Positions 1 through 13,189 are shown, numbered from the whole stretch's first letter. The stretch is DNA of 61,780 nucleotides, filler included, from Choristocarpus tenellus KU-1152 (GCA_964200185.2; 10 parts of 10 records of this genome joined end to end with filler, not necessarily neighbours in it), one strand, 5' to 3'. Program-made: numbers and translations. Notes: a model not told the origin generated them from the letters alone.

Positions 1-28
1 ACCCCCCCCCTCCCAGATACTTTGGGTC
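1..28 (+). mobile_element. MITE family B, right TIR (truncated by window edge)
   Basis: CCCCTCCCAGATACTTTGGGTC matches the right end of the complete copy at 43718-43897. Confidence 0.8.
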
Positions 29-30
29 AG

Positions 31-289
31 GAGTCAAAGAAATCGAGAGGTAGGGACTTGTTGCGTCTTTACGATCCCAAGATATGGCAATAATACTCCA
101 TTCTGTACAATTGCTAAACGTCTTTGCTCAATTGCGGTGTCACTTTTGTTTGTGGACAGGGGGAATATCAATTTTGCGCGCACTATTGTGCACACAGAGC
201 GATGAAATAGAGTGTATTGCACAGGGAAAGAGAGGTTACTTGGAATGCAAAAGGGTCCAAGCCTGCTTACCTCTCAATTGCTTCGGCTA
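31..289. mobile_element. ~259-bp TIR element related to MITE families A/B
   Basis: Left end GAGTCAAAGAAATCGAGAGGTAG; reverse complement of right end TAGCCGAAGCAATTGAGAGGTAA; length nearly equal to family A. Confidence 0.55.
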
Positions 290-815
290 AGACGTCAACT
301 GCTCAGAAGATGAATATGTGTAGCGTCAGACATATCGTAGGGGAGTGTGCAACTTTAGTGGGAATCTCATATGAGATTGTGTAGATATTACTGCAGCCAC
401 ACGGATACTGGGGTGGAGTGTGAAAGTTTAATGGGTACCTCTGTTAGAGGTGATAGATTGTAATGGCGTTTTCATAAACGCCAATATGAACTGAACTTGT
501 AGAGCTTAAATATTTGGATTTTGACTTTTTTATTTGGTCATTATGAGAACGTACCCATGCCCAATGTTCCAGTCTGTCTATGTTCTCGATCAAACCATAA
601 AGTCAATAATCATAGGTGGAGATCGAGAATTTAGTCATCCATTGTGGTGCCACCATTAAGCCTCTTCTACCTACAAGCTTTGAGAGCTGAGGCTACAGTC
701 CCATCTACACTAGGTGGGTGAACGCATTTTATCATGGAAATCCACAGAGCATGTCTAGTGTCTTCTCCATTAAGAGGTGGGAACAACCTCAGCTCACCAA
801 ATAAGATATTTGTTG

Positions 816-1073
816 GAGCCAAAGTATCTTAGAGGGTAGGACCGTGTCCATTTGGGGGCCAAAATCCAATATTCCGATTTTGATGTAATTTTGGCTATCA
901 TGTTTTTAAGAAGTGTCAGTCTTCTTGTTCCAGACACACCATTTCCTAACTTTTACATTTTACCTACACCAAAACATTTTGGAGTAGGAAAATGTCATAA
1001 AGGAACCCATGGGAAGCCAAGCCCTATATGGACAAACAGGGCAAAACTCGTACCCTCTAAGATACTTTCACTC
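816..1073 (+). mobile_element. MITE family A, complete 258-bp copy
   Basis: TIRs GAGCCAAAGTATCTTAGAGGGTA ... TACCCTCTAAGATACTTTCACTC; TTG on both flanks; near-identical copy at 4003-4260. Confidence 0.9.
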
Positions 1074-2100
1074 TTGACTCCTGGGTTCAACCCACATTGG
1101 ATCTATATTGATGTTGTGAATCTGCTCTCCACCTCTCTGCACTGGCCACAATATGGGGGAAAGGGTTTGCTTTAGTGGTATCTGTGACTCCAAATACCAC
1201 ATCAATGACCTCTGAGACGCCATCACCCTAGACCTTGGCTTCTGCACTTCCCTCTTAAAAGTGGGAATGGCCTTAAGCTACGCAAGAGAGCACTGGCTGC
1301 CTCACTGTGTGTACCGTATGAATCATCAATGACTTCTGAGATCTCAGCAGTTCGAACCACGACTTCAGGGTTTCCCTCTAGTGAAGCGATGTCCTCGAGG
1401 TCATGCAGGGGAGCACTGGCCACTTCGCAGTTGTGTCTACCATGTATCCCGAGTTCTTGTGGAGTAGGTTCCGCTTAGTCGTGCACTCACTTTGTCGTCC
1501 ATTGGCGCTCCCTCTCGCTGTCCATTGGCTTTCTCCTACTTTGCGATCATATCTTTTCAGGTGCAGAAGCAACCAGCAGTTTGATCAGTGACTACTCAGG
1601 CACCAAATTGCCTTGTCAACGTTTCCAGAAGGGTGGAAGGTGGCTAAAGGAACACAATGTTTGCTTTCACCTTGCAGGTGATGGAAAGTGCTGCAGCTGC
1701 TTGACATAGGTGGTACTTGAGACACATTTACGGGATATTCCTAAGGAGTACTTAATCACACCTTAAAGGACCAGGCCATAGATATGGTATTCACCTTACC
1801 GAACAGAGTACAAAGGTTGAAGTGTGACAGGCAGCCAGGAATTGCCAGACAGACTGTCATAACCCTCTCCCATGACCACCCCAGTCCTTGATAAACCATG
1901 GTCCGTTTCCTGATGACTCCTTGAAGTGGGTGGAAATATAAAGGTACAACGATTTGATCCTTATTAAAAGTCATCTGTGAAGCAGATAGTTGCAATTATA
2001 GAGGAATTAATTATAGAGGCCACTGTTATTGCCTTAACATATAGCCTCTACTGTTCCAACTATGCAATCAAGCCAATACTACCTTGACCAGCGACTCATC

Positions 2101-2772
2101 GAGTCAAAGTAAACAAGAGGTACCCAGAGTTTGCATTTTAAGGATACTGACAATGACAAATATTTACAAAATTCGTCTTTTTTACAAATGTGTATAGGAT
2201 ATTTTCTGAATGTATAGAGAAATTTCAAACAACAGAGAAAAAAATATGCAAAAGAGAACTACTCAAGTAGAGTATTTTGCTTTGTGTGGTATGGAAATGT
2301 TTATTAGCGGAGTGAGCATAGCCCTCGGTGGTGGGGGGTGCTCTCTCTTACTATCTTATTGTTTATTACATATATCAGCTGACTCATCAGCTGACACATC
2401 AAAACATGTCCTGCCGTTACATCGTACTATGTCACTTATCCTGTGTAGCTAATACTATGTCAGAACTCCTCCAACAGTACATTTATATCAAGTAATAGAA
2501 AATGTATTATCCGAGAATTGAACTCATTACTTTACACACACGAACAAAATCTAGTGGCACTTGTTCCACTTAGCCAACATTCCTATTGTCTAGCATTTTT
2601 CACTAAACGCGTATAAACCATATAGACTATCAGTCTATATTACACAAAAAACACTTCTCAAATCAAACCTAGAACTTCACCCATAGAAATATGGGTGATT
2701 TGCAATAGATTGCAAAACAGACTTCAACTGCAAAACGGATACGACCTGGGTACCTCTCGTTTACTTCGTCTC
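2101..2772. mobile_element. ~670-bp non-autonomous TIR element with family-A-like termini
   Basis: GAGTCAAAGTAAACAAGAGGTACCCAG at 2101 pairs with CTGGGTACCTCTCGTTTACTTCGTCTC ending at 2772. Confidence 0.65.
2500..2585 (-). mobile_element. tRNA-derived SINE head or tRNA pseudogene
   Basis: Minus strand has A-box-like TGGCTAAGTGG and B-box-like GAGTTCAATTC about 40 nt apart; no intact cloverleaf seen. Confidence 0.4.
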
Positions 2773-4002
2773 TGATGTAAAGCTGAATTTTTCATTTATG
2801 GCATTGCATCTACGAGGGCATTATTGCTTTATATCAGAGGGGACTTGAAAATAGTCTATCACAGAAGGCGTCAGTGATACAGTATAAGTAGCTGATCTAT
2901 TTTCCTTTGTAGGCGAGTAGATTTCGAAATGAAATGTAGCATAATGCTTGATTACTACCAAAGTCACTTACCCCCACCATCTGAAAAAAGATACTACATG
3001 AAGCCCTCTGCTTCCTGTATAAATTAAAATGTTTAGTGATGGGGAATATTGAGACGGATAGTAACTTTGGATAAAAACAAAGACACATGCACTGACCTTA
3101 CATTAGTCGTTTCAGACAGTTATCCTTCCATGAGAGGATCTTCTGCACCAAGTGCATATTCCACATAGGTACCCCTGTCAAGAAAGTGTGACACGAGCAG
3201 AAAGGGCGAGAAGACCGGACACTCAGACTGAGTACCGTGAGAAGGAGGCAAAGAAGAGTGGAACGTGTCAGAGGTTTTCAGCCTCCGAGAGCAGCAAACA
3301 AGAGTAAACTGGGGATAGCAAAGGTGGGGGGAGAGGTTGTTACATTCAGATGAATGGGGCACAATATCCTACTGGGTTTGTTAACAACAAGGGGAGAGTC
3401 TTTTTCTGACATAACCCAATTCTCTATGTGATTAAGACCCATTTATTTTTTGTGTCTGAATGTGATAAAGTTCATCACTTCGAAAGAGAGTCACTTTATG
3501 ACGGTTCCCTACTTCAACGTGATTGTGACATTCCTTTTATTATCTGTTTTTATTTGCGCTCATGTTTTTGAAGGGGAAGAGTCCTTCTATGTCATTGCCC
3601 TATTTTGACGTGAGTGTGGGATTTTGTATAGTTTTTCTCTTGACCGTTAAGTCAATAATGTGCAGGGCGAGTGTCATGCTAGAGTATCTGTTGTCCGGTC
3701 AAATGTTGGAAGAGGGTTTCCTCCAGTTTTCATCCTCGGCTGAATCCCTAACTCTGCCTAAGTTAGGACCTGGAGGTGTCAATCATTTCATTCTACTGCG
3801 TTCGTGATAGGATATAAAGAGATGCACATTCTTTTCCTTGTCCAATCGCCTGTTTTTCACGTTGAAGCAGTTGCGTTTCATGCACGGGGGTATGTTATAG
3901 GCAATGGGTCTTATTGGCTGTTTCATATACATCATTGCGAACTCGAAGTCCTAGATCTTACGCATTGGGATTGCCTTTTGTTTGCTATTTGGTCAATATG
4001 GC

Positions 4003-4260
4003 GAGTGAAAGTATCTTAGAGGGTACGAGTTTTGCCCTGTTTGTCCATATAGGGCTTGGCTTCCCATGAGTTTCTTTATGACATTTTCCTACTCCAAAAT
4101 GTTCTGGTGTAGGTAAAATGTAAACGTTAGGAAATGGTAAGTCTGGAACAAGGATACTGACACTTCTTAAAAACATGATAGCCAAAATTACATCAAAATC
4201 GGAATATTGGATTTTGGCCCCCAAGTGGACGCGGTCCTACCCTCTAAGATAATTTGGCTC
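4003..4260 (-). mobile_element. MITE family A, complete copy
   Basis: Reverse complement of 816-1073 with few substitutions; flanks TGGC/TGTC. Confidence 0.9.
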
Positions 4261-4555
4261 TGTCATCATCTTAAACTGTGGAAGGCACATGTAAATACGC
4301 TGTTGTTCAAATGGTGAATGAGTGAAAGGTTACTGTGATTGAATGTCGTGTGTTGTACGAACTCAAGTGGGGGTTTGATGTGATATGAATAGGATGTGAT
4401 TGAGATGGATAGTGTTGGTTCTGTATTGGAATGAATGGTGCAAATGCAGTGAATTAAATGTGACGATATGAGATGAAAAAGGTGCAACTGAAATGTATAG
4501 TGTTAAATCCCCAAATGAAGTGCAATAGAAATGATGGATCAAGCATGGTGGATAT

Positions 4556-4584
4556 GGCTCAAAGTATCTGGGAGGGGGTGGCGG
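4556..4584 (+). mobile_element. MITE family B left TIR at contig end
   Basis: GGCTCAAAGTATCTGGGAGGGGGTGGCGG followed by gap. Confidence 0.8.
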
Positions 4585-4684
4585 NNNNNNNNNNNNNNNN
4601 NNNNNNNNNNNNNNNNNNNNNNNNNNNNTTAATTAATTAANNNNNNNNNNNNNNNNNNNNNNNNNNNNNNNNNNNNNNNNNNNN
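4585..4684. other. Artificial contig linker (also 9212-9311, 13920-14019, 18517-18616, 21342-21441, 26162-26261, 37644-37743, 45723-45822, 58845-58944)
   Basis: Nine identical 100-bp N44-TTAATTAATTAA-N44 spacers with stops in all six frames. Confidence 0.98.
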
Positions 4685-4938
4685 GAGGGGATGTGAGAGG
4701 TGGGGATGCCAATAACAGACAGCACCATGAGAATGAACTGGCAAAAATAGGGTTAAGGATGGATTATTATTACAAGCAGCAATTCAAGTAGAGCATACTA
4801 TCAATTCCTTTCAGTTTAAACCTCAGGATAACTTACTTGCCCCTGTCATCTCAGCATCGTGCACAAAACAAGATCTCAATCTACGTGATAGTACCCCCAT
4901 TTCCTGGCAAACAGAAAGTTACTACTGAAACACAGGAA

Positions 4939-4979
4939 CCCTAACCCTAACCCTAACCCTAACCATAACCCTAACCTAA
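4939..4979. repeat. Interstitial telomere-like (CCCTAA)n tract
   Basis: About six tandem CCCTAA units, one variant CCATAA. Confidence 0.85.
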
Positions 4980-5848
4980 TCATTACTCTGAATCCGCTAC
5001 CAAAACAGAGAGCACTTAATTAACCACCAAACAACACCACCAACAACAAAAACATAAATAAAATAGAGTCGGTAACAACCACATTCCACACCCAGTTCAA
5101 ACGACACCAGAATACCTTAACTTGGCTATATAAAATAAGATCATTCATATTACACTGTTTCTAAAAAATCCACCAACAGTCAATTCATCACAAAATACCC
5201 CCATATGAATACTGCATTGCAAACCAACATAAAGGACTGTGCCAATTTTGGTAAGCATGTAAGTATGTATGACTGTGAGAAACACCTTTCACTGAAAAAA
5301 AGGTATACCCTAACCTGTCAGAATTTCATTCCATCACATTACACTGTCCTAAACTTCTTTTTTCTCGTTCACAGCGGCAGTTGCTCATTTTGGTCCATTT
5401 TCGGATGCCCGCCAACCAAAACCATGCAACTCCTCAGCAGTGAAAAATCCAATGAAGCACTGCCTCCTCTGTTCAGTATCAGTTTGAACAAATGTTTTCC
5501 CAACAATACATATTACATATAACTCACAACCCAGACATGGCAAGAAAACCAATAGAACAGTACATAAAAGCCTCTTTGAGAAAAATTCCACTCCAACCTA
5601 CCACCCCCACAACCACCTCCTTGTACACAACGTGCTCCGATCACAACAGCAAGCGATTCTAAAACTCAGACATCTATCCCCCTCACCCACAACCCCGAAC
5701 ACAAAGATTCCTGTAATCTACATTAGTGCAAGACTTTTACAAAAATATATATACGTCATAACATATTTATTGTCTTTATATATACCCAGTTGTACCATAA
5801 TAATAGCAATAATATATCTCAAAACTCAAACAAACGCCTTTTTCTCAC

Positions 5849-8800
5849 CTCCAGAACCTTGACGATATGATCCCTCGACACCACCCCAAGCTCCATCGAC
5901 ATCGAATCGGCCTCTTCCCGCAACTTCAGTCCACCAACAGACTTCATGAACTCAGTCACCCCTTCCCCTCCCCCCCCCCCTCCATTACCAGGAGAAGCCC
6001 CTGCCTTCGCTACAGGCGCAGCAGAGTCAGGGGCTGCTGAGGCTGGGGGTGGAGGGGGTGGAGGCGGCGGTTTTGCCTTTTTTGCCTCACACGCCTCCTG
6101 CTGCTCACAAATAAATATTAGGCATGGTAGAAAAGGATATGTATGCATATATATTCGAGTACGTGCCTCTGCCTGGGAGATGGCAAGAGTGGATGAACAT
6201 ACTATCCTATACACTACTCTACAATGAGAAAAAAAAAGGTCTATGGCTGATTGTTTCAGTTCAGAGCAAAATACATACATGTACTTCAAAGAACACACAC
6301 ACACACACAAGTATATGGTCATATTAATACAACCCCCTCGATGCTGTACTTGAAAAAACTACACTTACCAATACTAATGAGAGTACACAAATAATAATAT
6401 CAAGAATAAAAAAGTAAAAAAAAACTACACTCTAAATAAAAATCAAAAATTACATCATCACTAATAAATGTAATAACAGAACCATACTATCAATAACAAT
6501 GACAAATGATAGTGGAGGGCCAATCGATCTAGACCAACAGATCAATCAACACCTACCTACACACACCAAATAGCTACCCTATTCCCCATCATCACTGAAC
6601 CCAGTCCAACACATGGTACGGTACGATTTCTTTCTCACATCATTCCAAGAACCCACAAGCATGTACAGACATGCATTAAGTTTGATTTTGAATTGAGAGA
6701 GAACATAAAGAACTGACAAGCAAGTCACACACATTCACATGACCTCCCTGCCAACCAGACCAAGACCACAATGCCATAGGACCTTCAGAACGCATCATCA
6801 CATATATTCAGTACAACATGGTTTTCTTACTCGAACACACTGTGTATCTACATAAACTCCCATTACTTATTTCAAATACACTCAAGCATGCACCACTTAC
6901 ACCCTACTGTGCTATAAGACTAGGGCTAGAACCTGAGAAATATACATATTTTTTTTAGTAACTAGTGACGTACATTTTCTTCTTCTTTAACAGAAGGTCC
7001 AAAAGCTGCTATGCTTCAAACAGCTCGGGATTGCCCCCAATATACATAGAGTCTATAAGCTTCAACATTGGTACTGACTGTCAGGCTGCAAAAAAATACC
7101 TAAACCTTCTGTCCTTGCACAACTCAGACTGACGCAAATTCAGCCCCATTGAACTACTACCGTATCATGCATTCAAACAGAAAAGAGTAGAATGACCAAG
7201 ACATGACCCTAATGTTGTCGATACGCTGCAATCATAGAAAAGATTATTTTACAGCATCTTCCAACTCCCAGGCATCCATGACCATCTCCTTAACAATATT
7301 AAGTCAAATTCAGTGTACCTACCCCTCCTTCCCCCCCCATGCGCTTGAGACTCAAAACCCACCACAAAACACGCCTACCGTACACAATACCAAAACCAAT
7401 TTGATCATCTCCTCCATCCCCTTCCACTCCCAACACATTCATGCCCATGATCCCCAGAGCATGCCTGGGCCACATAATACCAAAACCAATCAGTTTAATT
7501 AACTCCTCCGTCTCTTCCACTCCAAACATCCACATTCAAAATCTACCACAAGACAACGCCTGCCATACACAATACCAAAACCATTCAGTGCAATCGTCTA
7601 CTCCCTACCGTTCCACTCCCAACACATTCACACTAATAAAATCCAACATTACACACCTGTCTTACACAATACCAAAAGTGCTCGATTTCTAATGTGCCCT
7701 CCCCACCCGCTCCCTTCCTGTATCTCCTCACGCTACTACACACCTGCTCTCGAAAAGTTCTAGCTGCAGAGGCCTTGTCCGTGGCATCAGTCAGCATATC
7801 CCCACGCTTTGTACTGAAAGCCAATAACCACCCCACTGATTCACTATCTCCTCCTGTAAAGTTAGCCCGGACCCATATGTCCTTGGTCTGCTTGACCGCA
7901 TTGAATTCCTGCTCACCAGCCCCCCCCCCCCCACCAAGGCATCCACCAAAAAAAAATATAACGTTGACACAGTAAACCATACTTGAAACTTGTGGGCGAC
8001 ACTGATACAGAGACAAAAATATATATAATCAATTCAAAGTTCACAAGTCATATACTCCTGAGTACACACACATACATATATTAGGGGTTAGGTAGGGTTC
8101 GTTTATTCATCTTTGAATATGTAAGTGTTACATCATGTTCAACTCACATATTCATACTTCTACATAAAAAGATACAAAGAGGAATAGATTTGTGTTACAA
8201 CACAAGACCAACCCCTACCACCAAATTAATACACTTCCATCATTGCACAATAATGTCATGCACAACTACACCACTGATGAGAAGAACTACCACAACCACA
8301 ACACTCAATTGCAACACAACAATATCCCACAGATCCCACTCACACTGCTCCAACTAAAGCTTCAGATTCAGTAAGACTCAACCTATTCATAACAGGGGGT
8401 CTCTACAATCCCAGAAAGAAAAGTCCACCCCCACCTCCACCCCCACCCTCACACCTCACCCTCACCCTCACCACACAGTGGAAAGGGGTGTAATTGAGGT
8501 GGGGCTGGTGAAATCCAAAGAGTCAGACCCAACTACTGACACCTGACCTTACTGACACAGATAGAGCTAGTTTCCCCCACCCCAAGATGCCGCGACTGCC
8601 TGCCTCAGTGGAACAAGCTTGACACAATACCAAGCACCTGCCCACCCAAGTACAGTGGGCATCTATATTGTGCATATTTCGTACATTCACCCATCTAAAA
8701 ACTAGAAGAAAAAAAATATATGCACACACAAAAGCACAATCACACACGCATTGTCTCTTTCTCCTTCAAAATCTGGAAAAAAAACTACACACGCCTTACA

Positions 8801-9010
8801 TATTTCTCCAAAACCTGAAAAAACACACACACAGACACGAAAACACACACACCTTACATCTTTCTCCAAAACCTGAAAAAAAAACACACACACACACACA
8901 CAAAACCACACACGCCTTACCTCTTTCTCCTCCAAAACCTGAACAACCCCACCTGCCGGTACAATCCCCACATCCATCGAGAAGAACTCAGGCTCTGAGC
9001 GAACCGTTGC
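5849..9010 (-). CDS. Partial multi-exon protein with tandem SH3b-like domains and a Pro/Gly-rich linker; exons 9010-8921, 7908-7744, 6097-5849
   Basis: Phase-0 GT-AG joins give ATVRSEPEFFSMDVGIVPAGGVVQVLEEKE|EFNAVKQTKDIWVRANFTGGDSESVGWLL..., then poly-Pro and GLKLREEADSMSMELGVVSRDHIVKVLE; pattern resembles bacterial-type SH3. Confidence 0.6.
7380..7680 (+). repeat. Intronic minisatellite, ~90-100-bp unit, 3-4 degenerate copies
   Basis: Recurring CAC(A)ATACCAAAAC...TTCCACTCC(C)AAC(A)CAT motif. Confidence 0.75.
8745..8945 (-). repeat. ~60-bp tandem repeat x4 derived from an exon end and splice donor
   Basis: Units TTTTCAG-GTTTTGGAGAAA(G/T)AT-GTAAGG(C/T)GTGTG; the first unit is the end of exon 9010-8921. 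Confidence 0.8.
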
Positions 9011-10737
9011 CTGTCTCACACAAACCATATACCTGTCACACCAACCATTTTTTTATTAATGTGAAACTGAAACAGTAGATTCAATTGCATTTCACAGTGC
9101 ACAGTAAAGCCAATCATCACAATATGAAAACATGATCACAACATTGAACAAAACCCATCGCTTAAGAGAATGACACGAGGAGGTGGAGGGGCATGAGGTT
9201 CCATGCGGAGANNNNNNNNNNNNNNNNNNNNNNNNNNNNNNNNNNNNNNNNNNNNTTAATTAATTAANNNNNNNNNNNNNNNNNNNNNNNNNNNNNNNNN
9301 NNNNNNNNNNNTTTAGGAAAAAAACATAAAAAAAAAAAAAATGGCTGGGGGAAGGGGTGGCATGGTAAGAACTTTGTTCTCATCGCACATTGCGAAACGG
9401 CTCGCGAAACCTTTGGACCACTGTTCTGCTCCATACAAGACAAGACAAGACAAAAAAAATCCCCATCTACTACTACCGTATATTTATTACTATTATATTT
9501 TATATCGCAATGCGTATTCGCGGAATGATGGTTATTGATGGTCCCTGACGCTCGGCTGACTAGCTGCGGGGTCGCCTGCTACGGTTTGTTTTGGTTTGAT
9601 TGAAGCATGGTAGATCAGATCCATTTGTTCGACTTTGTTTGTTTGAAAAACAATGGGTAACTATTGTTGACATTGAAACAAGCTTAACGAGCAAAGTCGC
9701 AGAGAGCACCACCTGGAAAAGTCGTGTGGTCCTCCCTAACACTTAAAAACACCCCCTGTTTATTTGATTTCGGTTAAAACACCTTCCTATGAGCTTCAGT
9801 GCTCGCACCTCTGTCCGTTGCAGCAGTGGGACTATTAATTCTATTTATTATTACTATTATTATTATTATTATTACTTTATTGTTACTGCGGTTGTGTTTT
9901 TGAAAAGTACAGGCAGTTCAAAATAAGAGAAACACTGATTTGTAGCATGATGTGAACAGATCACTTAAGGATGAGTGATGCTTTATGCAAGTATTAACAG
10001 AGAACCACGCTAAAAAAATCCAAAACAGAGTGGAGCGGTACTTGATGCCAGAGAGGCACAGCAGACAAGGCACAGCAATCTTCCCCGTACCGTTCCCAGC
10101 AGTAATTCAAATACATCAAAACCTCCAATTGAGGATCCGGGTGAAGCAAGCTTGATCAACAGCAAAGCAGCACCTACTTAACATGATCGCGTCAACACAT
10201 TGCCTTGATGTCTCTTCATTAGGGATTGCTTGTATAGGTGCAGATTATGCATAGTATGTGTTTGTCCTCCTCTAACTGAGGGAAAATGCTGCTGATTTTA
10301 GCTGTCCAAAGTGCATTCATGAAAATCTTGACTGGCCTATTTTGTGCGATCTAAGAACCTACTACTCCAGATTGACAACACATAGGTCACATATATTGTG
10401 AAATATAGCCTTTACAAGATTGCAAGATTGAATTAGTTATCAGAGGATCTCTTTACTACAGATATGGGGGTGGGGATGGTAGTCTTAATGCAGTTGTTGG
10501 TCGTAAGGCACTTGTGAATGATGTCTAGTGAACAATGACGAGATCAAACACTTTCCAATGGAGATCCTACTCGCTGATTGTTGCCTTACATCTACCCAAT
10601 ATACTTCAACAAAAGACTCCTCTTATTTAACGATATGCTGCCCATTGTGAGAAAGTTACCATCACCTACAACTTACAAATGATTATATCAAAATGAGAAC
10701 CCTAACTCCACTTGCTTATTCTCTAACCTTAGCCTAC

Positions 10738-10962
10738 CTCCCGGAGTCCTTTGTATGCCCTCAGCAGGTTGGCGTGCCTGTCCCCTATATTGCTCCCGAG
10801 TCCCAGATACACCCTTGCAGGAATTCCAACTGCGTCTCCAACGACATTTCCGAGCGTGCGGGCACTCCCGCCTGTCAGCAGAACGAGTGGTTGAGGATAT
10901 AGACTTGCACAAGATTCTACGGTAGAGATGAGAGCCATGACAGCTGGTTCCTCTATCCTCAA
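10738..10962 (-). CDS. Exon encoding the N-terminus of an HPPK (6-hydroxymethyl-7,8-dihydropterin pyrophosphokinase) domain, possibly of an HPPK-DHPS protein
   Basis: ARVYLGLGSNIGDRHANLLRAYKGLRE matches the HPPK/FolK first strand-helix motif; ends at GAG|GTAGGC donor. Confidence 0.75.
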
Positions 10963-13189
10963 CTACATATTCCACTCACAGGCCATATATATCTTTTCTC
11001 CAGAGAGTATTTGACTAGAATCCCTATCCTCAACTACACATCTCACTCGCAACCTATGTATTCGAAAAATGTTGAGGGTATCTCGATTTCGATCGGGTGC
11101 GAAAAATGCACCAAGATTATCTGAGACCAAATAAGGATACTCTAGACACATCACAACTTTCCCACACAAACGAAACCAAAAGCGTGATGGGAAACCTGGT
11201 CGTTAGTGCGTAAGATAAACGTGATTGCCAATGGTTGAACTCTCGCAAGCCGCATCCCTCTCTCTTCGGGAACAGAATTGATGTGTCAAATACTCTGGTC
11301 TGAGCCTGTCCTTCCGTCACCGAACAATGATTGGCAATATGAGCCATAGCGAATACTCCCTACGATATATCGTTACCCGTCCTCCAACTTCATCCTGCAA
11401 CCACATTTCCTATGCTGACAGCATGGATAGACCGGAACCTCACCTGAGGGCACCCTCCTAACCAAATGTCCATGTGCTCTCGACACCATCACGGGACTTG
11501 CAAATACTTGACATACTCTGCCATCCATTTCGCAGGCTTAGACTTTTGTCGAAAAAATATTACACTTGTTGTATCATGTCATGGTCTTAGTTTATCGGTT
11601 TACTCCTGCGCTGCTCATTCCGCATCGTCCCACAAAGTCCTTCTCCAGTCTCCTGCTTTGGAGACAATTGAGTACAATAGGACTTGTGCACAACTGTGTT
11701 CCTCTTTTGTGTATATGTGTGTGAGTGTGTGAGTGTGTGCGCGTGTGCGAGTGTCTATGTTTGGCTTTAGCATTCAGTTCATAAGATGTGATTACTCAAG
11801 TAGTAGTTGGGAAAGATACCACGTAAGACGTCGTCTTGATCTTGTATCAAATTCAAGTTATAATCGCATAGAAGTTATCAAGTCAACACCTTGACCCAGA
11901 CCTTCATTGTTTCTATCCCATACACGGCAAGCAGTCTACCATACCCAAAACACACCATTAGAAGTCGAATGCGCACAAGTTATAGGCTCCAATGGCTTCA
12001 GCAGGGTTGATTTAGTAGGGTGTAGACCAGGTCTGATGAGTTAGAGCCAAAACATGCGTATGACGCCACATACTAAAGGTTAGGCCGTAGATGGTGCTGA
12101 ATGGGAAAGGATACAGTTAGTGAAGGGAGGATGGACAGAAACGATCGAAATAGGTAGGAACAAACTCACTATGAAGCGAAAATATGTTTCAATCGGGAAT
12201 GATCTAAAGCTCTCGTCAACGGTTGTTATGAGTATGAATAGAGTAACCCGCCAATCTATCTATGATCAGCACCAATGTCAACACAAACGGAGTTCTGAGA
12301 GCGAAGACTGAGTTAAATAGCTCGGTACTGAAAGCACAAATAACATGATGGGCTGGATATAGACGAACTGAAAATGATCATGAGCAGGAGGGGAGAGGGT
12401 AACTCCACGGCGTTGGGGGGGCTGATTTTAGGATGACAAATCCTCCCAGGCTCAGAATTACTGGAGGGATTTCCAGTGCGAGGCAAGGTCGGCGTAGGAC
12501 TCTTGACATGGAGCTTATGTCGGCTCTAGAAATAAGGCGAGTGGAATGTGGTAATCAATAGAAGCAATTTCGAGTGGACTTTTCTGCATTCTGTTCATAG
12601 ATAGGTTGTTGCTCACTCCATGGATACACGTGCTTTGGATCCGATCTCAACTTAATTGTCGTTCTCTCTAGCATGGCTCTCGTTTATGCAGGTTAGCTGA
12701 CCAAGAGAGGTGGTGGAAATGAAGGGGATGAAAACGAACTTACATGGTCTGCGCACTGCTTTAGAGTGTAGACTTGAATCTCTCCTAAGGGATTGGAGTT
12801 GTAATGCTGGAGGATGATGCTGCCATCGATGTGATCGTAAAGGACACATGACTCACATCTTGAGCGCGGAAATGAGAAGCAGGAAAACCATGTAGGGTGG
12901 CATCCTACCTAGTTGTGGAATCCGAGCGGACACTATTTCCTTAGGGTGTCCTTTGGTGCTCATAATTTTTACATGAAGTAGTAACATAATTTTGGTTTTC
13001 TTTAACACCTCTGCAAAGATTACATAATAATCGATAGGAAATAATGATTGCTTACAAATCTTCCTTTTCTAATGACATTTGGGAAACATCGGATGTGACG
13101 TTCCTACTACTACTATAATACGTACATCACTTAGTTTCCTTCTTGTAATATGATAAAGATATATCATGCGTTTTAAGTTGGAGACACCA

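Noticed and set aside
852-1175. Repeated ORF MGAKIQYSDFDV... (also 3985-4224 and part of 19299-19679)
   Set aside because: Chance ORF with a non-ATG start inside MITE family A; ends differ between copies
1223-3362. Possible minus-strand exons (1223-1423, ~1670-1920, 3120-3362)
   Set aside because: Could not be joined in phase and no recognisable domain
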